Below, piece after piece: positions 50,659 to 59,813 of a stretch of 64,000 nucleotides of DNA. How positions within the stretch are numbered: position 1 is the stretch's first letter; each line of letters starts with the position of its first letter. The stretch is from contig CAYMDH010000003.1 in assembly GCA_964389205.1 (NCBI GenBank), positions 55,702-119,701 of the forward strand, in the 5' to 3' direction. The stretch is from an uncultured Flavobacteriaceae bacterium. Lineage in GTDB: Bacteria > Bacteroidota > Bacteroidia > Flavobacteriales > Flavobacteriaceae. The notes under the pieces are model-generated. The model worked only from the letters and a program-made list of their open reading frames with translations. It was not told the origin of the DNA and searched no databases. A program made the translations under genes and the position numbers.

Positions 50659-53121
50659 ATGAAGATCGATTTTAAGAGATTTCTTCCGCATCTTGGCGCC
50701 ATTATTTTATTTGTTATCACGTCATTAATCTATTTTAATCCTGTTTTGCAAGGGAAAAAAATATTTCAAAGTGATATTGCACAATATACAGGAATGGCCA
50801 AGGAACAAAACGATTACAGAAAGGCTACTGGAGAAGAACCTTACTGGACTAATAGCGCTTTTGGTGGTATGCCTACTTATCAATTAGGAGCTAATTATCC
50901 GCATAATTACGTTAAAAAAGTTGATAAGCTAATACGCTTTTTGCCTAGACCTGCAGATTATCTTTTTTTGTATTTCATAAGCTTTTACATCTTGCTTATA
51001 GTATTAAAAACCAATTATAAATATGCATTTTTGGGGGCTTTAGCTTTTGGATTTTCTACATATTTAGTTATTATATTAGGTGTAGGACATAATGCGAAGG
51101 CACATGCCATTGGTTATTTTCCATTAGTACTGGCAGGCATCTTACTTACTTTTCAACGAAGGTATTTATATGGGTTTTTATTAACTGCTTTTGCAATGGC
51201 ATTAGAAATAGGTACCAACCATTTTCAAATGACCTATTACTTACTTTTATTAGTTTTGGTTTTTGGAGTTGTCTATTTAATCAATGCTTTTAAGAAAAAA
51301 GAGCTCCCTCATTTTTTTAAATCTGTTGGAATACTTACCGGTGCAGTTTTGTTATCTATAGCTGCTAATGCTACTAATATAATGGCAACTCAAGAATATG
51401 TAAAATGGAGTACAAGAGGGGAAAGTGAACTAACAATTGATGAAAATGGAGATCCTAAGGAGATTACTTCTGGGCTTTCTAAAGAATATATAACACAATA
51501 TAGTTATGGAATAGGAGAATCTTTAAATCTATTTGCACCACGCCTTTATGGAGGTGGAAGTGGAGAAGGATTGAGCGAAAACTCTGCTACTTTTGATTAT
51601 TTAGTAAAACAAGGACTTCCTAGATCTCAAGCCAAAGAGATCGTTTCTGGATTGCCTACCTATTGGGGAGAACAAATTATAGTAGAAGCTCCAGCGTATA
51701 TTGGAGCTGTAATTATATTTCTTTTTATTCTGGCACTTTTCTATGTTAACGGCCCTATAAAATGGTGGTTATTAGGAGGTACATTACTATCTCTATTTTT
51801 ATCTTGGGGAAGACATTTTAGCCTATTGACAGACTTTATGATAGATTATTTTCCCTTGTATAATAAGTTTAGGGCAGTTTCTTCTATTCAAGTACTATTA
51901 GAGTTATGTATCCCACTGTTAGGTGTTTATGGTTTGTTTCGTTTCTTTTCAGATAAAACAACACTTGCCCATAAAATGAAAGCTCTTAAGCTGGCATCTA
52001 TTACTACTTTAGGAATTGTTATTGTATTATTTCTTTTAAAAGGAAGTTTTGATTTTGTTGGTATTAGAGATGGCGCTTTAAGAGCACAATTTGATCAATT
52101 TGGTTTAGGACAAATAGTAGATTTTATTATTGAGGATAGAAAGTCACTATACAATCAAGATCTAATACGTTCATTTATCTTAGTTACTTTGGCTGCAAGT
52201 GTTATATGGCTAACATTAAAAGGCAAATTAAAAGAACTGTATATGATTGTTGTTTTTGCAGGCCTTATCTTATTTGATTTAGGAATTGTAGACAAGCGTT
52301 ATGTGAATACAGATGACTTTGTACAGGCTAGAGTTATGGACAAACCATTTGGAGAAAGTCCTGTAGATACTGAAATTCTTAAAGATAAAGGCCATTACCG
52401 CGTCTTTGAACCTTCTATTGGTTTAAATGGTGCTAGAACATCATATTTTCATAAGGCAATTAGCGGATATCATGCTGCCAAACCTAGACGATTAGAAGAA
52501 TTGTTTTATTATCAAATTGCAAACAATAATCTGTCGGTGTTAAACATGTTAAATGTTAAGTATATTATTCAACAAGATGAAGAAGGCAGAACAATCCCAT
52601 CTGTTAATCCTTTGGCTAATGGAAATGCATGGTTTGTTAACAAACTTACTATAGTAGCTTCTGTCGATGATGCAATGAAAGCATTGGAAACCTTTGATGA
52701 TAAAAACGAAGTAATATTAAATAGCAATGATGTTCCTAAAGAAATTTTGGAGCGTACATATAGAAAAGATTCTACGGCATCTATTCAACTTATCTCGTAT
52801 CAACCAAATCATTTAAAATATAAATCTATAACTTCCAGTGAACAACTAACTGTTTTTTCAGAAATGCATTATCCATACGATTGGAATGTATATATAGATG
52901 ATCAACCTGCTTTTCATTTTAGAGCTAATTATGCACTAAGGGCAATGCAAGTACCCTCAGGAACGCATACCATAGAATTTAAGTTTGAACCTACGGTTGT
53001 ACAAAAAGGAAGTACTATTACATTGGCGAGTTCTTTATTATTTGTTTTGATTTTTATAGGAGGGATTTATTATAATTGGAAACAGAACCAAGTACTAACT
53101 TCACAAGAAAAAGAAGTTTAA
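50659..53121 (+). CDS. YfhO-like polytopic membrane glycosyltransferase family protein
   Basis: 820 aa with more than 10 TM helices, a large extracytoplasmic C-terminal domain and a final TM helix. Confidence 0.7.
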   Translation: MKIDFKRFLPHLGAIILFVITSLIYFNPVLQGKKIFQSDIAQYTGMAKEQNDYRKATGEEPYWTNSAFGGMPTYQLGANYPHNYVKKVDKLIRFLPRPADYLFLYFISFYILLIVLKTNYKYAFLGALAFGFSTYLVIILGVGHNAKAHAIGYFPLVLAGILLTFQRRYLYGFLLTAFAMALEIGTNHFQMTYYLLLLVLVFGVVYLINAFKKKELPHFFKSVGILTGAVLLSIAANATNIMATQEYVKWSTRGESELTIDENGDPKEITSGLSKEYITQYSYGIGESLNLFAPRLYGGGSGEGLSENSATFDYLVKQGLPRSQAKEIVSGLPTYWGEQIIVEAPAYIGAVIIFLFILALFYVNGPIKWWLLGGTLLSLFLSWGRHFSLLTDFMIDYFPLYNKFRAVSSIQVLLELCIPLLGVYGLFRFFSDKTTLAHKMKALKLASITTLGIVIVLFLLKGSFDFVGIRDGALRAQFDQFGLGQIVDFIIEDRKSLYNQDLIRSFILVTLAASVIWLTLKGKLKELYMIVVFAGLILFDLGIVDKRYVNTDDFVQARVMDKPFGESPVDTEILKDKGHYRVFEPSIGLNGARTSYFHKAISGYHAAKPRRLEELFYYQIANNNLSVLNMLNVKYIIQQDEEGRTIPSVNPLANGNAWFVNKLTIVASVDDAMKALETFDDKNEVILNSNDVPKEILERTYRKDSTASIQLISYQPNHLKYKSITSSEQLTVFSEMHYPYDWNVYIDDQPAFHFRANYALRAMQVPSGTHTIEFKFEPTVVQKGSTITLASSLLFVLIFIGGIYYNWKQNQVLTSQEKEV

Positions 53122-53125
53122 AAGG

Positions 53126-54409
53126 GTGAAAAAAGCACTCATCATAACATATTATTGGCCCCCTGCTGGAGGACCTGGAGTGCAACGATGGCTTAAGTTT
53201 GTAAAATATTTAAAGGAATTTAACGTGACTCCTGTAGTGTATATTCCTGAGAACCCTAATTACCCTTTAATAGATACAAGTTTTTTAAAAGAAATACCAA
53301 GCGATATAAGAATCTTAAAACAGCCCATTTTTGAACCTTATAAATTAGCTTCTGTCTTTTCTAAAAAAAAATCGAAACGATTAAGCTCCGGTATTATTCA
53401 TGAAAAAAACCAAACCTTTTTAGAAAAATTGCTTTTGTGGATACGAGGAAATGTTTTTATTCCAGATGCAAGAAAGTATTGGGTGAAGCCATCGATAGCT
53501 TATTTATCTAAGTATATAAAGCAGGAAAATATTGAAGTAATTATTACTACAGGCCCACCTCATAGTGTACATCTTATAGGAATGAAAATTAAAAACACAT
53601 TAGATGTACGTTGGATAAGTGATTTTAGAGATCCTTGGACTACCATAGGATATCATCAAAAACTAAAATTAGGAAAAAGGGCAAAACAAAAACATTTGAA
53701 ACTTGAAAAACAAGTGCTAAATACGGCAGATACTATTATAGTAACAAGCCCTACTACTAAAAAAGAGTTTGAAATTAAGACGACAAAGCCTATATATGTT
53801 ATTACTAATGGGTATGATCAAATTAAAGATAGCGAAGTTGTTCTTGATAAGAAATTTACAATTTCTCATATAGGCTCTTTATTATCTGGTAGGGATCCAA
53901 AGATATTATGGGAATCTCTATCAGAATTAATCCAAGAAAATAAAGAGTTTAAAAACGATTTTCAATTGCAATTAATTGGTGCCGTTAGTCAAGATGTTTT
54001 GACAACAATTAATAATCATCAATTAAATAAACATTGTAATTTATTAGGGTATTTGCCACATGATGAAGTACTTGCAATTCAACAATCTTCTCAAGTATTG
54101 CTATTAATAGAGATAAATAGTGAAGAAACACGTTGTATAATACCAGGAAAATTATTTGAGTACTTATCTGCTAATCGCCCTGTTTTAGCTTTGGGCCCCA
54201 ATAGATGGGATGTCTTTCATATTTTAAATAAAACAGGCGGAGGTACAGGATATTTGTATTCTGAAAAAATAGCTTTAAAAGAAAAGATAGTATCTTTCTA
54301 CAACAATTTTAAAGCAGGAAAACTAACAGTAACATCTAAAAATTTAGATGCGTATAGTAGAAGATCATTAACAAGAGAACTTTCAGTTCTTATTCATAAT
54401 GACATATAA
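53126..54409 (+). CDS. glycosyltransferase (GT-B fold, GT4-like)
   Basis: N-terminus has ITYYWPPAGGPGVQR. The C-terminal segment is E-x7-E-like (PGKLFEYL). Confidence 0.75.
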   Translation: MKKALIITYYWPPAGGPGVQRWLKFVKYLKEFNVTPVVYIPENPNYPLIDTSFLKEIPSDIRILKQPIFEPYKLASVFSKKKSKRLSSGIIHEKNQTFLEKLLLWIRGNVFIPDARKYWVKPSIAYLSKYIKQENIEVIITTGPPHSVHLIGMKIKNTLDVRWISDFRDPWTTIGYHQKLKLGKRAKQKHLKLEKQVLNTADTIIVTSPTTKKEFEIKTTKPIYVITNGYDQIKDSEVVLDKKFTISHIGSLLSGRDPKILWESLSELIQENKEFKNDFQLQLIGAVSQDVLTTINNHQLNKHCNLLGYLPHDEVLAIQQSSQVLLLIEINSEETRCIIPGKLFEYLSANRPVLALGPNRWDVFHILNKTGGGTGYLYSEKIALKEKIVSFYNNFKAGKLTVTSKNLDAYSRRSLTRELSVLIHNDI

Positions 54410-55861
54410 ATGGGAATTATAATTAATCAATCACTAAAAAACACCATTACCACTTATTTTGGGTTTGCTTTTGGGGCTATTAATACAATTTTTCTCTATA
54501 CTTTTTTTTTGACAGAAGAATACTATGGGTTGGTTATTTTTATATTATCTGCAGCCAATGTTATTATGCCTTTATTAGCATTTGGAGTTCATAATACTAT
54601 AGTAAAATTTTTTTCTTCATATACAGATGAAAAAGAAAAAGCCAAATTTACAACACTCATGTTTTTGCTTCCTATTGGTATTATTATACCGGTAGGTTTT
54701 ATAGGAATCCTTTTGTATGAACATTTAGTTGTTTTTTTAAGTGAAGAAAATGCTCTTGTTAAAGATTATGTATGGATGATATATGCAGTGGCAATTGCAA
54801 TGGCTTATTTTGAAATTTTCTTTGCATGGGCAAAAGTGCATTTGAAATCAGTTTTTGGAAACTTTTTAAAAGAAGTTTTTCATAGAATTGCTACTATGAT
54901 ATTATTACTTGCATTGTATTTAGATTTTTTGAGTATTGAGAATTTTATTTTAGCACTGGTTATTATGTATTTTTTACGCACTTTATTAATTGGAATAAGT
55001 GCAATAAATAATAAAAAACCAACCTTTAGATTTGCGTTGCCTTTTAATGTAAAAGATGTATTGAAATACTCTTCATTAATTATTTTAGCAGGCTCTGTAG
55101 CTAACCTACTTTTAGAGATAGATAAGGTAATGATAAACCAATACATTGCTATTGAAAATATTGCCTTTTACAGCGTTGGTGTTTTTATAGCAATGGTTAT
55201 TACAGTGCCGTCTAGAGCCATGCATCAAATAGCGCATCCCATTACTGCTAGTTTAATGAATAAAAAGGACACAAAAGCATTAAATAGTCTCTATAAGCGT
55301 AGTTCTTTGACACTTTTTATAATAGGAGGAGGGATTTTTTTATTAATTGTATTGAATATAAATGAATTGTATAGATTACTCCCAGAAAAATATACTCCTG
55401 AAATTATAGTTGTATTTGCTATTTCTTTGGCTAAGCTATCAGATACTCTTTTAGGGAATAATAATTCTATTATCTTCAATTCAGATTATTATAGGATGAT
55501 TTTGCTTTTTGGCGTTTTGCTTATCATCATTACAGTTGTTTTAAATATATTATTTATACCAATGTGGGGAATCGATGGAGCAGCTATAGCTAGTATGATT
55601 TCTTTTTTTATTTATAATACTATAAAGATTTGGTTTGTGAAGTTTAAATTTAAAATTCATCCATTTAGTGTAAAAACAATATATGTGAGTATTGTGTTAA
55701 GTGTTTTTTTGATAGCATTTTATTTTTGGAACTTTCCTTTTCACCCAATGCTCAATATTGTTTTAAAATCTGCTATAATAGGAATTTTGTATTTAACAAC
55801 AATACATAAACTATCATTGTCTGATGATGTGTCTAATTTACTAAAACGCTTTTTACCATAA
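54410..55861 (+). CDS. polysaccharide/oligosaccharide flippase (MOP/Wzx-like)
   Basis: 483 aa with about 12-14 TM helices. Its start abuts the GT stop (TAAATG). Confidence 0.75.
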   Translation: MGIIINQSLKNTITTYFGFAFGAINTIFLYTFFLTEEYYGLVIFILSAANVIMPLLAFGVHNTIVKFFSSYTDEKEKAKFTTLMFLLPIGIIIPVGFIGILLYEHLVVFLSEENALVKDYVWMIYAVAIAMAYFEIFFAWAKVHLKSVFGNFLKEVFHRIATMILLLALYLDFLSIENFILALVIMYFLRTLLIGISAINNKKPTFRFALPFNVKDVLKYSSLIILAGSVANLLLEIDKVMINQYIAIENIAFYSVGVFIAMVITVPSRAMHQIAHPITASLMNKKDTKALNSLYKRSSLTLFIIGGGIFLLIVLNINELYRLLPEKYTPEIIVVFAISLAKLSDTLLGNNNSIIFNSDYYRMILLFGVLLIIITVVLNILFIPMWGIDGAAIASMISFFIYNTIKIWFVKFKFKIHPFSVKTIYVSIVLSVFLIAFYFWNFPFHPMLNIVLKSAIIGILYLTTIHKLSLSDDVSNLLKRFLP

Positions 55862-55867
55862 AAAGAA

Positions 55868-55899
55868 ACCCGCGAACTGTAGTATACAAGTTCACGGGT
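55868..55899. terminator. hairpin between convergent genes
   Basis: ACCCGCGAACT / AGTTCACGGGT, 10 of 11 bp paired, 10-nt loop, no clear T-run. Confidence 0.45.
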
Positions 55900-55924
55900 A
55901 ATCCATAACTAACCAACCAAAATC

Positions 55925-57172
55925 TTAATTTCTTCCTCTCCCTCTAGCTCCATTGTTTCTACTTCTAGGGCTACTTTTACTTGAAGTATTACTTCTACTT
56001 CTTGAAGTTGTTTGTCTTTTATTAGAAGAATTATTACTTCTTCTAGATGTCACTTGTTTTCTATTATTAGACGACGATCTATTTGCTTGAGAATTACTTC
56101 TTCTGCTATTGTTACTATTTGTTCTTCTGGCTTGTGAAGAACGTGTAGTAGATCGTTGTTGTGTTCTTGTTCCATTATTAGAAGAACGTTGCCTTGTCGT
56201 ACTTGTACTTCTACGTTGTGCGTTACCATTTGAAGTGTTTCTTCTTGTGGTAGTACTTCTTCTTTGAGTATTTGTACCAGAAGTATTTCTTCTCGTAGTA
56301 GTAGAAGTTCCTCTACGTGTATTATTTGTTGTACCTCTTCTAGTGGTTGCTTGACTTCTCCCTGAATTTCCTCTTGTACCAACATTACTTCTTCTATCAT
56401 CAACTCTTCTGTTAGAAGCCAAGCTACCTCTATTACTAGATCCTCTTCTTGAATTCGAATATGTATAATTTCTTCTGCTTACTCTACTATCGTTTCTATA
56501 TATTGATCTTCTTTTATTATTATAATGATTATAACGATAATCTCTTCCTACACTTACATAACGTGTTCTTCTATTGTGATGATATGGTCTGTAATAAGAA
56601 TATCTAACAGGTGTATAATATCTTCTATATGGACGGTAATTTATAATACAATAGTTTCTATATGGTTTTGCAAAATATCTATGATACGGCCTATATACAT
56701 ATGATCTATTGTAGTAGTTAATATATCCAGAATAGTGACTGTATACTCCATAGTTATTATAATGAACATACAAACCTCCCAATTGAATTAACCTTCCATT
56801 TCTATAGTTTATATTAAGATCACCAATTCTATTAACCCTGCCATAGTAATCATAGAATACAGGAACGTTTTCTATCTGAATAACTGCTCCATAGTCATCA
56901 TACTGTACATAAGCATTATAGTCATACCCCGAATTAAAACTGATATTGACATTACCAAGGTTAACATTGGCTCCTATAAAAGAATTATTATCTGTATAAA
57001 AATCGAACTGACCATCTGGATATACAGAAAATGTAATACCTCCTTCAGTAAAGATGAAAGATTTCCCATAACCTGCAGTATAATTCCCTGCAAGAGTTGC
57101 TATTTTATTAGTAGCACTCATTGTAAATGTGCTTAAAATAGCTATTGTGAATAGTAGTATTAATTTTTTCAT
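55925..57172 (-). CDS. secreted protein with a Tyr/Arg-rich middle and an Arg/Ser/Thr/Asn-rich disordered tail
   Basis: Signal peptide (MKKLILLFTIAILSTFTMSA) and a beta-rich N-domain. This is followed by YRPYHRYF-type segments and about 156 C-terminal residues with no Asp or Glu. Confidence 0.6.
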   Translation of the reverse strand: MKKLILLFTIAILSTFTMSATNKIATLAGNYTAGYGKSFIFTEGGITFSVYPDGQFDFYTDNNSFIGANVNLGNVNISFNSGYDYNAYVQYDDYGAVIQIENVPVFYDYYGRVNRIGDLNINYRNGRLIQLGGLYVHYNNYGVYSHYSGYINYYNRSYVYRPYHRYFAKPYRNYCIINYRPYRRYYTPVRYSYYRPYHHNRRTRYVSVGRDYRYNHYNNKRRSIYRNDSRVSRRNYTYSNSRRGSSNRGSLASNRRVDDRRSNVGTRGNSGRSQATTRRGTTNNTRRGTSTTTRRNTSGTNTQRRSTTTRRNTSNGNAQRRSTSTTRQRSSNNGTRTQQRSTTRSSQARRTNSNNSRRSNSQANRSSSNNRKQVTSRRSNNSSNKRQTTSRSRSNTSSKSSPRSRNNGARGRGRN

Positions 57173-57387
57173 AATCTATGGTTTTAGATGTTAAACAATC
57201 GGTTCGGTTTATACAAATCAAACAGCGTGCCAAAAATATAAATCGCTGGTTATCAGTAGTGCCTCGTATGCTTGTTTTGCTTTTATCTAAAATTGATTGA
57301 AAAGCTCTAATGATTTCCAGTAAAACTTAAAATAGGTCGTTACCTAAAAGTGTGAACTATAGTGCCCTTTATTTGCTGAGGGCAGAA

Positions 57388-57412
57388 TAAAAAACACAAT
57401 GACTTGTGTTTT
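57388..57412 (-). terminator. rho-independent terminator (bidirectional form)
   Basis: AAAACACAA-tgac-TTGTGTTTT with an A-run and a T-run. Confidence 0.65.
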
Positions 57413-57419
57413 GAATAAT

Positions 57420-57433
57420 ACTTCTATTCATTT
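57420..57433. repeat. left copy of the 14-bp direct repeat ACTTCTATTCATTT
   Basis: Identical to 59814-59827. Confidence 0.9.
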
Positions 57434-57829
57434 TTTTCTTGACAAAAAAACGAAATCGAGCTTGTGACCATAATCCTTACGAACTCTATGGAGTTGATAG
57501 TTAGGACTATCCTTCATTTGTTGGATGATGCTATCAGGGACATCTTCCAAACTTCCAAGTTGATTATGAAGCGTAACATCATTACGATGTACACTATTAA
57601 GGTAATCTCCAAAATCTTCTGCTCTGAAGAAAAAACCAACGGAACGTTCTATATCCCATTCCAGTTCTAAATATGGAATTAATCGTTTTGCAGTATCAAA
57701 AGATTTTTTACCATAACCATTACCGTCCATGTGTGGGAGTTGCAAGCGACAAGCAATAGAATCTAATAAGGTAGATTTACCCGAACCATTTTCTCTTATA
57801 ATGAATGTAATCTTATTGGATAGAAAATT
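57428..57829 (-). pseudogene. remnant of a P-loop (AAA_21/ABC-like) ATPase gene
   Basis: The frame is open from 57829 with no start codon (NFLSNKITFIIRENGSGKSTLLDSIA...). The Walker A motif has Arg in place of the first Gly. The remnant is only about 134 codons and overlaps the 3' end of the Fic gene. Confidence 0.6.
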
Positions 57830-58400
57830 CTATTAAATCTGTAAAGTCTCCTTTGTCAGCTTTTCGCAGTGCTTGTATATACACATCACGAACATTTCCT
57901 TCATGTACCAAATCTTTATGTCCCCAAGTAAATTTAGGTTTTCCAAAAATATGCTTCATTACGATATCCCCCATTAAACGAGAGTGCCTTCCGTTACCAT
58001 TAGGAAAGATATGAATAGCAACTAATTCGTGTTTAAAACGGATAGCAATTTCTTCTTCTAAAAAAGTGTTATTCTCAATCCAATATTTACAATTTCCAAT
58101 GAGTTGATTTACTTGAAACTTATCAACTCCAATATTCTTATTAGATTTTATGACCGTTCCTGCCCATGACCATACATCGCCAAACATCTTTTTATGGACA
58201 TCAAAAATAAATTTTTCAGTAAGGATATTATCTGCTTTGAACTTTCTTCGTAGCAAATAAAATTCAACCGCTTTTTCAATATTGAGCTGTTCAAACTCAT
58301 CCAATTCCTCACGAGTGGTTATCGTGGAAATGAGCAAACCTTCTTTTTCATCTTCATCAATAGGGGTCTGCCCATTGTAATAGTTTAAATCTAATCCCAT
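57813..58400 (-). CDS. Fic family protein ('mobile mystery protein B' type)
   Basis: Fic motif HIFPNGNGRHSR (HxFxxGNGRxxR). 195 aa, with a 10-nt overlap with the upstream HTH gene. Confidence 0.88.
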   Translation of the reverse strand: MGLDLNYYNGQTPIDEDEKEGLLISTITTREELDEFEQLNIEKAVEFYLLRRKFKADNILTEKFIFDVHKKMFGDVWSWAGTVIKSNKNIGVDKFQVNQLIGNCKYWIENNTFLEEEIAIRFKHELVAIHIFPNGNGRHSRLMGDIVMKHIFGKPKFTWGHKDLVHEGNVRDVYIQALRKADKGDFTDLIEFSIQ

Positions 58401-58855
58401 AAGTATCGTGGCATCTCATATACCAATTGCTTGGCTTTATCTTCTACAGCTTTTTGTAATCGTTCATTAGAATTTGCTTGGTCTTCCAATGCCATAGTAT
58501 TAGAAGTGGTTTTTACAATTTCTAATGCCAGTTCTTTTGCTCTGTTTTCAATAGTTTGTTCAATTGAACCATCCATAGGAACAAAGCCATAGACTAACTT
58601 CATATTCAAAGCTCGACTAGCTTCCTCTAAACTTTTCAAGGTAATCGTCCCGTCTTTTTCTCTTTTTTCTATGTTTTCTGCACCTTGACGTGTGATATTC
58701 ATACGCTCTCCAAACTGTCGTAAAGACATCTTGAAAGAGGTGCGTATAGCATTTACCCATCCACTTTCTGGTGATTGATTTTGTAACAGGTGAGCAAATG
58801 CTCTTAACTTAGCATCCATCTGTTCAATCATTAATTTTTGTTTTAAATCTTTCAT
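58391..58855 (-). CDS. XRE-type HTH protein ('mobile mystery protein A' type), putative antitoxin/regulator of the Fic protein
   Basis: HTH segment MSLRQFGERMNITRQGAENIEKRE and C-terminus LKSLEEASRALNMKLVYGFVP. Confidence 0.78.
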   Translation of the reverse strand: MKDLKQKLMIEQMDAKLRAFAHLLQNQSPESGWVNAIRTSFKMSLRQFGERMNITRQGAENIEKREKDGTITLKSLEEASRALNMKLVYGFVPMDGSIEQTIENRAKELALEIVKTTSNTMALEDQANSNERLQKAVEDKAKQLVYEMPRYLWD

Positions 58856-59045
58856 AATAAGTCAATTTATATACTGACAATGACAACACAAATGTAAACA
58901 TATATATTGATATAATAATGTATAAACACAATATATACGTTGACGAAATAATGTCAAGTGGATGTCAAAGCATTTAAAAAAATAGTTTAGCTAGTCAATT
59001 ATTTGTGTTTTCTATTTTGATTAGTTACTTATATGTTAAATGTAG

Positions 59046-59207
59046 AAGATCCCTTGTAATTCCCATAATTGCGCATATAAAACAGCAAAGAAAATACAAA
59101 CACAAGGTGATAGAGTTAAAATAGTTGGAACATCAAGTAATGGTATGAAAATACAAATGTGGGTAAATAAAGCTACAAAAACTATTGAGACCGCTTGGCC
59201 AAAATAA
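59046..59207 (+). pseudogene. start-less 53-codon frame; possible 3' remnant of a polymorphic-toxin nuclease domain
   Basis: The frame is open from the TAG at 59043 to the TAA at 59205 with no usable start. It ends GDRVKIVGTSSNGMKIQMWVNKATKTIETAWPK. To my recollection this resembles the ...TAYP ending of bacterial EndoU-type toxin domains. Confidence 0.3.
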
Positions 59208-59213
59208 TAAAAT

Positions 59214-59642
59214 ATGTGTATAAAAATAGATCATAATTCAATAACAAAAAGGGGCGATACAATTTTTGGAAATATCTATTTTGAAAATAATACTATAATT
59301 TTCCCTGAAAAGGTGTGGAATGATTTCATTGTTATTATATTGAATTGTTGGATGGAGGAATTAGTTAAACTAAAAAAAAATGAAAAAATTTCCGCTGAGT
59401 TATTATTTATGGATGGACCATTATCAATGAAAATCAATTACTCTGATAATGACACTTTTAAATTTTTTTTCGTACATAATGATGAAGTTATAAATTTTAC
59501 TTACCTCCCAATTGAAGACTTCATAAAGTTTTTTTTAATAGAGGTCAATTCCTTAATTCTTTTCTTTTTAAGAAGGCAAAGGAATAATGATGAAATAGAG
59601 AAGCTCAGAAATAATTACACAAAATTAAATAAGATAGGGTAG
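59214..59642 (+). CDS. hypothetical protein; candidate immunity protein by position
   Basis: 142 aa with an ATG 6 nt after the stop of the toxin-like tail. No signal peptide and no recognised domain. Confidence 0.35.
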   Translation: MCIKIDHNSITKRGDTIFGNIYFENNTIIFPEKVWNDFIVIILNCWMEELVKLKKNEKISAELLFMDGPLSMKINYSDNDTFKFFFVHNDEVINFTYLPIEDFIKFFLIEVNSLILFFLRRQRNNDEIEKLRNNYTKLNKIG

Positions 59643-59708
59643 TGTAATAAACTGGCGCTTTTGCAGTTTTTGACATTTTTATCATTGAATATCAGTAAAT
59701 TAAATATG

Positions 59709-59736
59709 GAATAGGCTTCATTTTTGAAACCTATTC
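59709..59736 (+). terminator. hairpin downstream of 59214..59642
   Basis: GAATAGGCTTC / GAAACCTATTC, 10 of 11 bp paired, 6-nt loop, followed by a T-rich tract. Confidence 0.45.
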
Positions 59737-59813
59737 TTGTTCTTAGATGTATTAAAAAGTTTGTTAGAACGCATAGAATGATGGTTTCTATTTCTTTAGT
59801 GTAGTAAATAGAC

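Noticed and set aside
56050-56403. A 117-aa Glu/Val/Gln-rich ORF on the same strand, inside the Arg/Ser-rich gene.
   Set aside because: This is an alternative frame of a highly repetitive AGA/AGT/ACT codon tract. Open frames are expected there for compositional reasons, and the main frame has the signal peptide and full length.
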